Shown here: positions 23,937 to 24,000 of the stretch, piece after piece | Position numbering within the stretch: position 1 is the first letter of the stretch | Layout: each line of letters begins with the position of its first letter | From: Christensenellaceae bacterium | GTDB lineage: Bacteria; Bacillota; Clostridia; Christensenellales; CAG-138 | Length of the DNA: 24,000 nucleotides | Assembly (NCBI GenBank): GCA_963665375.2 | Contig: CAXXUL010000001.1 | Location: 613,938 to 637,937, forward strand | Direction of reading: 5' to 3' | The notes under the pieces: generated by a model | What the model was told of the DNA's origin: nothing | Databases searched by the model: none | What the model saw: the letters and a program-made list of their open reading frames with translations, nothing else | Made by a program: the position numbers and the translations under genes

Positions 23937-24000
23937 GTATCAAAAATGTGACATTCCAGTGAATTCACCCCAAAGGGTAAAATCGCGATCAAAAACGGGT

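Noticed and set aside
1-24000. Looked for tRNA or rRNA genes, CRISPR repeat-spacer arrays, transposase or integrase genes, terminal inverted repeats, and classical defence or toxin-antitoxin modules
   Set aside because: Nothing of the sort was recognisable by eye. All long ORFs are accounted for by the housekeeping and accessory genes listed. A covariance-model or HMM scan would be needed to exclude small RNAs formally.

Overview
This 24-kb window looks like chromosomal DNA from a Firmicutes/Clostridia-type organism, of moderately high GC by eye. All product calls come from reading the supplied translations and the raw sequence by hand; no searches were run. Most of the window is conserved housekeeping. 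Positions 1-14.7 kb hold one long minus-strand array: asp23-family, amaP, DUF2273, nusB, a TsaD-like gene, xseA, xseB, ispA, dxs, tlyA, nadK, argR, recN, spo0A, then deoB, punA and a truncated P-loop gene. This matches the well-known Bacillus/Clostridium nusB...recN-spo0A synteny. Several gene pairs have overlapping stop/start codons: ATGA at dxs/tlyA, GTGA at nusB/TsaD-like, and 11 nt at xseB/ispA. Positions 18.8-23.9 kb hold the classical heat-shock operon hrcA-grpE-dnaK-dnaJ on the minus strand, with a perfect CIRCE operator and a sigma-A-type promoter. Between these two arrays lies the only accessory-looking stretch (about 14.7-18.8 kb, plus strand): a GntR/FCD regulator with a palindromic operator, an intrinsic terminator, an apparently orphan beta-class DNA methyltransferase co-transcribed with an MmcQ/YjbR protein, a repeat-bearing spacer, and a flippase-like membrane protein. 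I found no tRNA, rRNA, CRISPR array, transposase or integrase, and no recognisable defence or toxin module. The points most worth a second look are listed here. (1) Spo0A lacks the acidic Mg-binding pair in its receiver domain. (2) spoIVB is absent between recN and spo0A. (3) A TsaD/Kae1 paralogue sits where folD lies in B. subtilis. (4) The methyltransferase is paired with YjbR behind a strong terminator. (5) A second CIRCE-like repeat, with one extra helical turn of spacing, wraps the hrcA -35 box. None of these amounts to a demonstrated new system, and all are stated as hypotheses.
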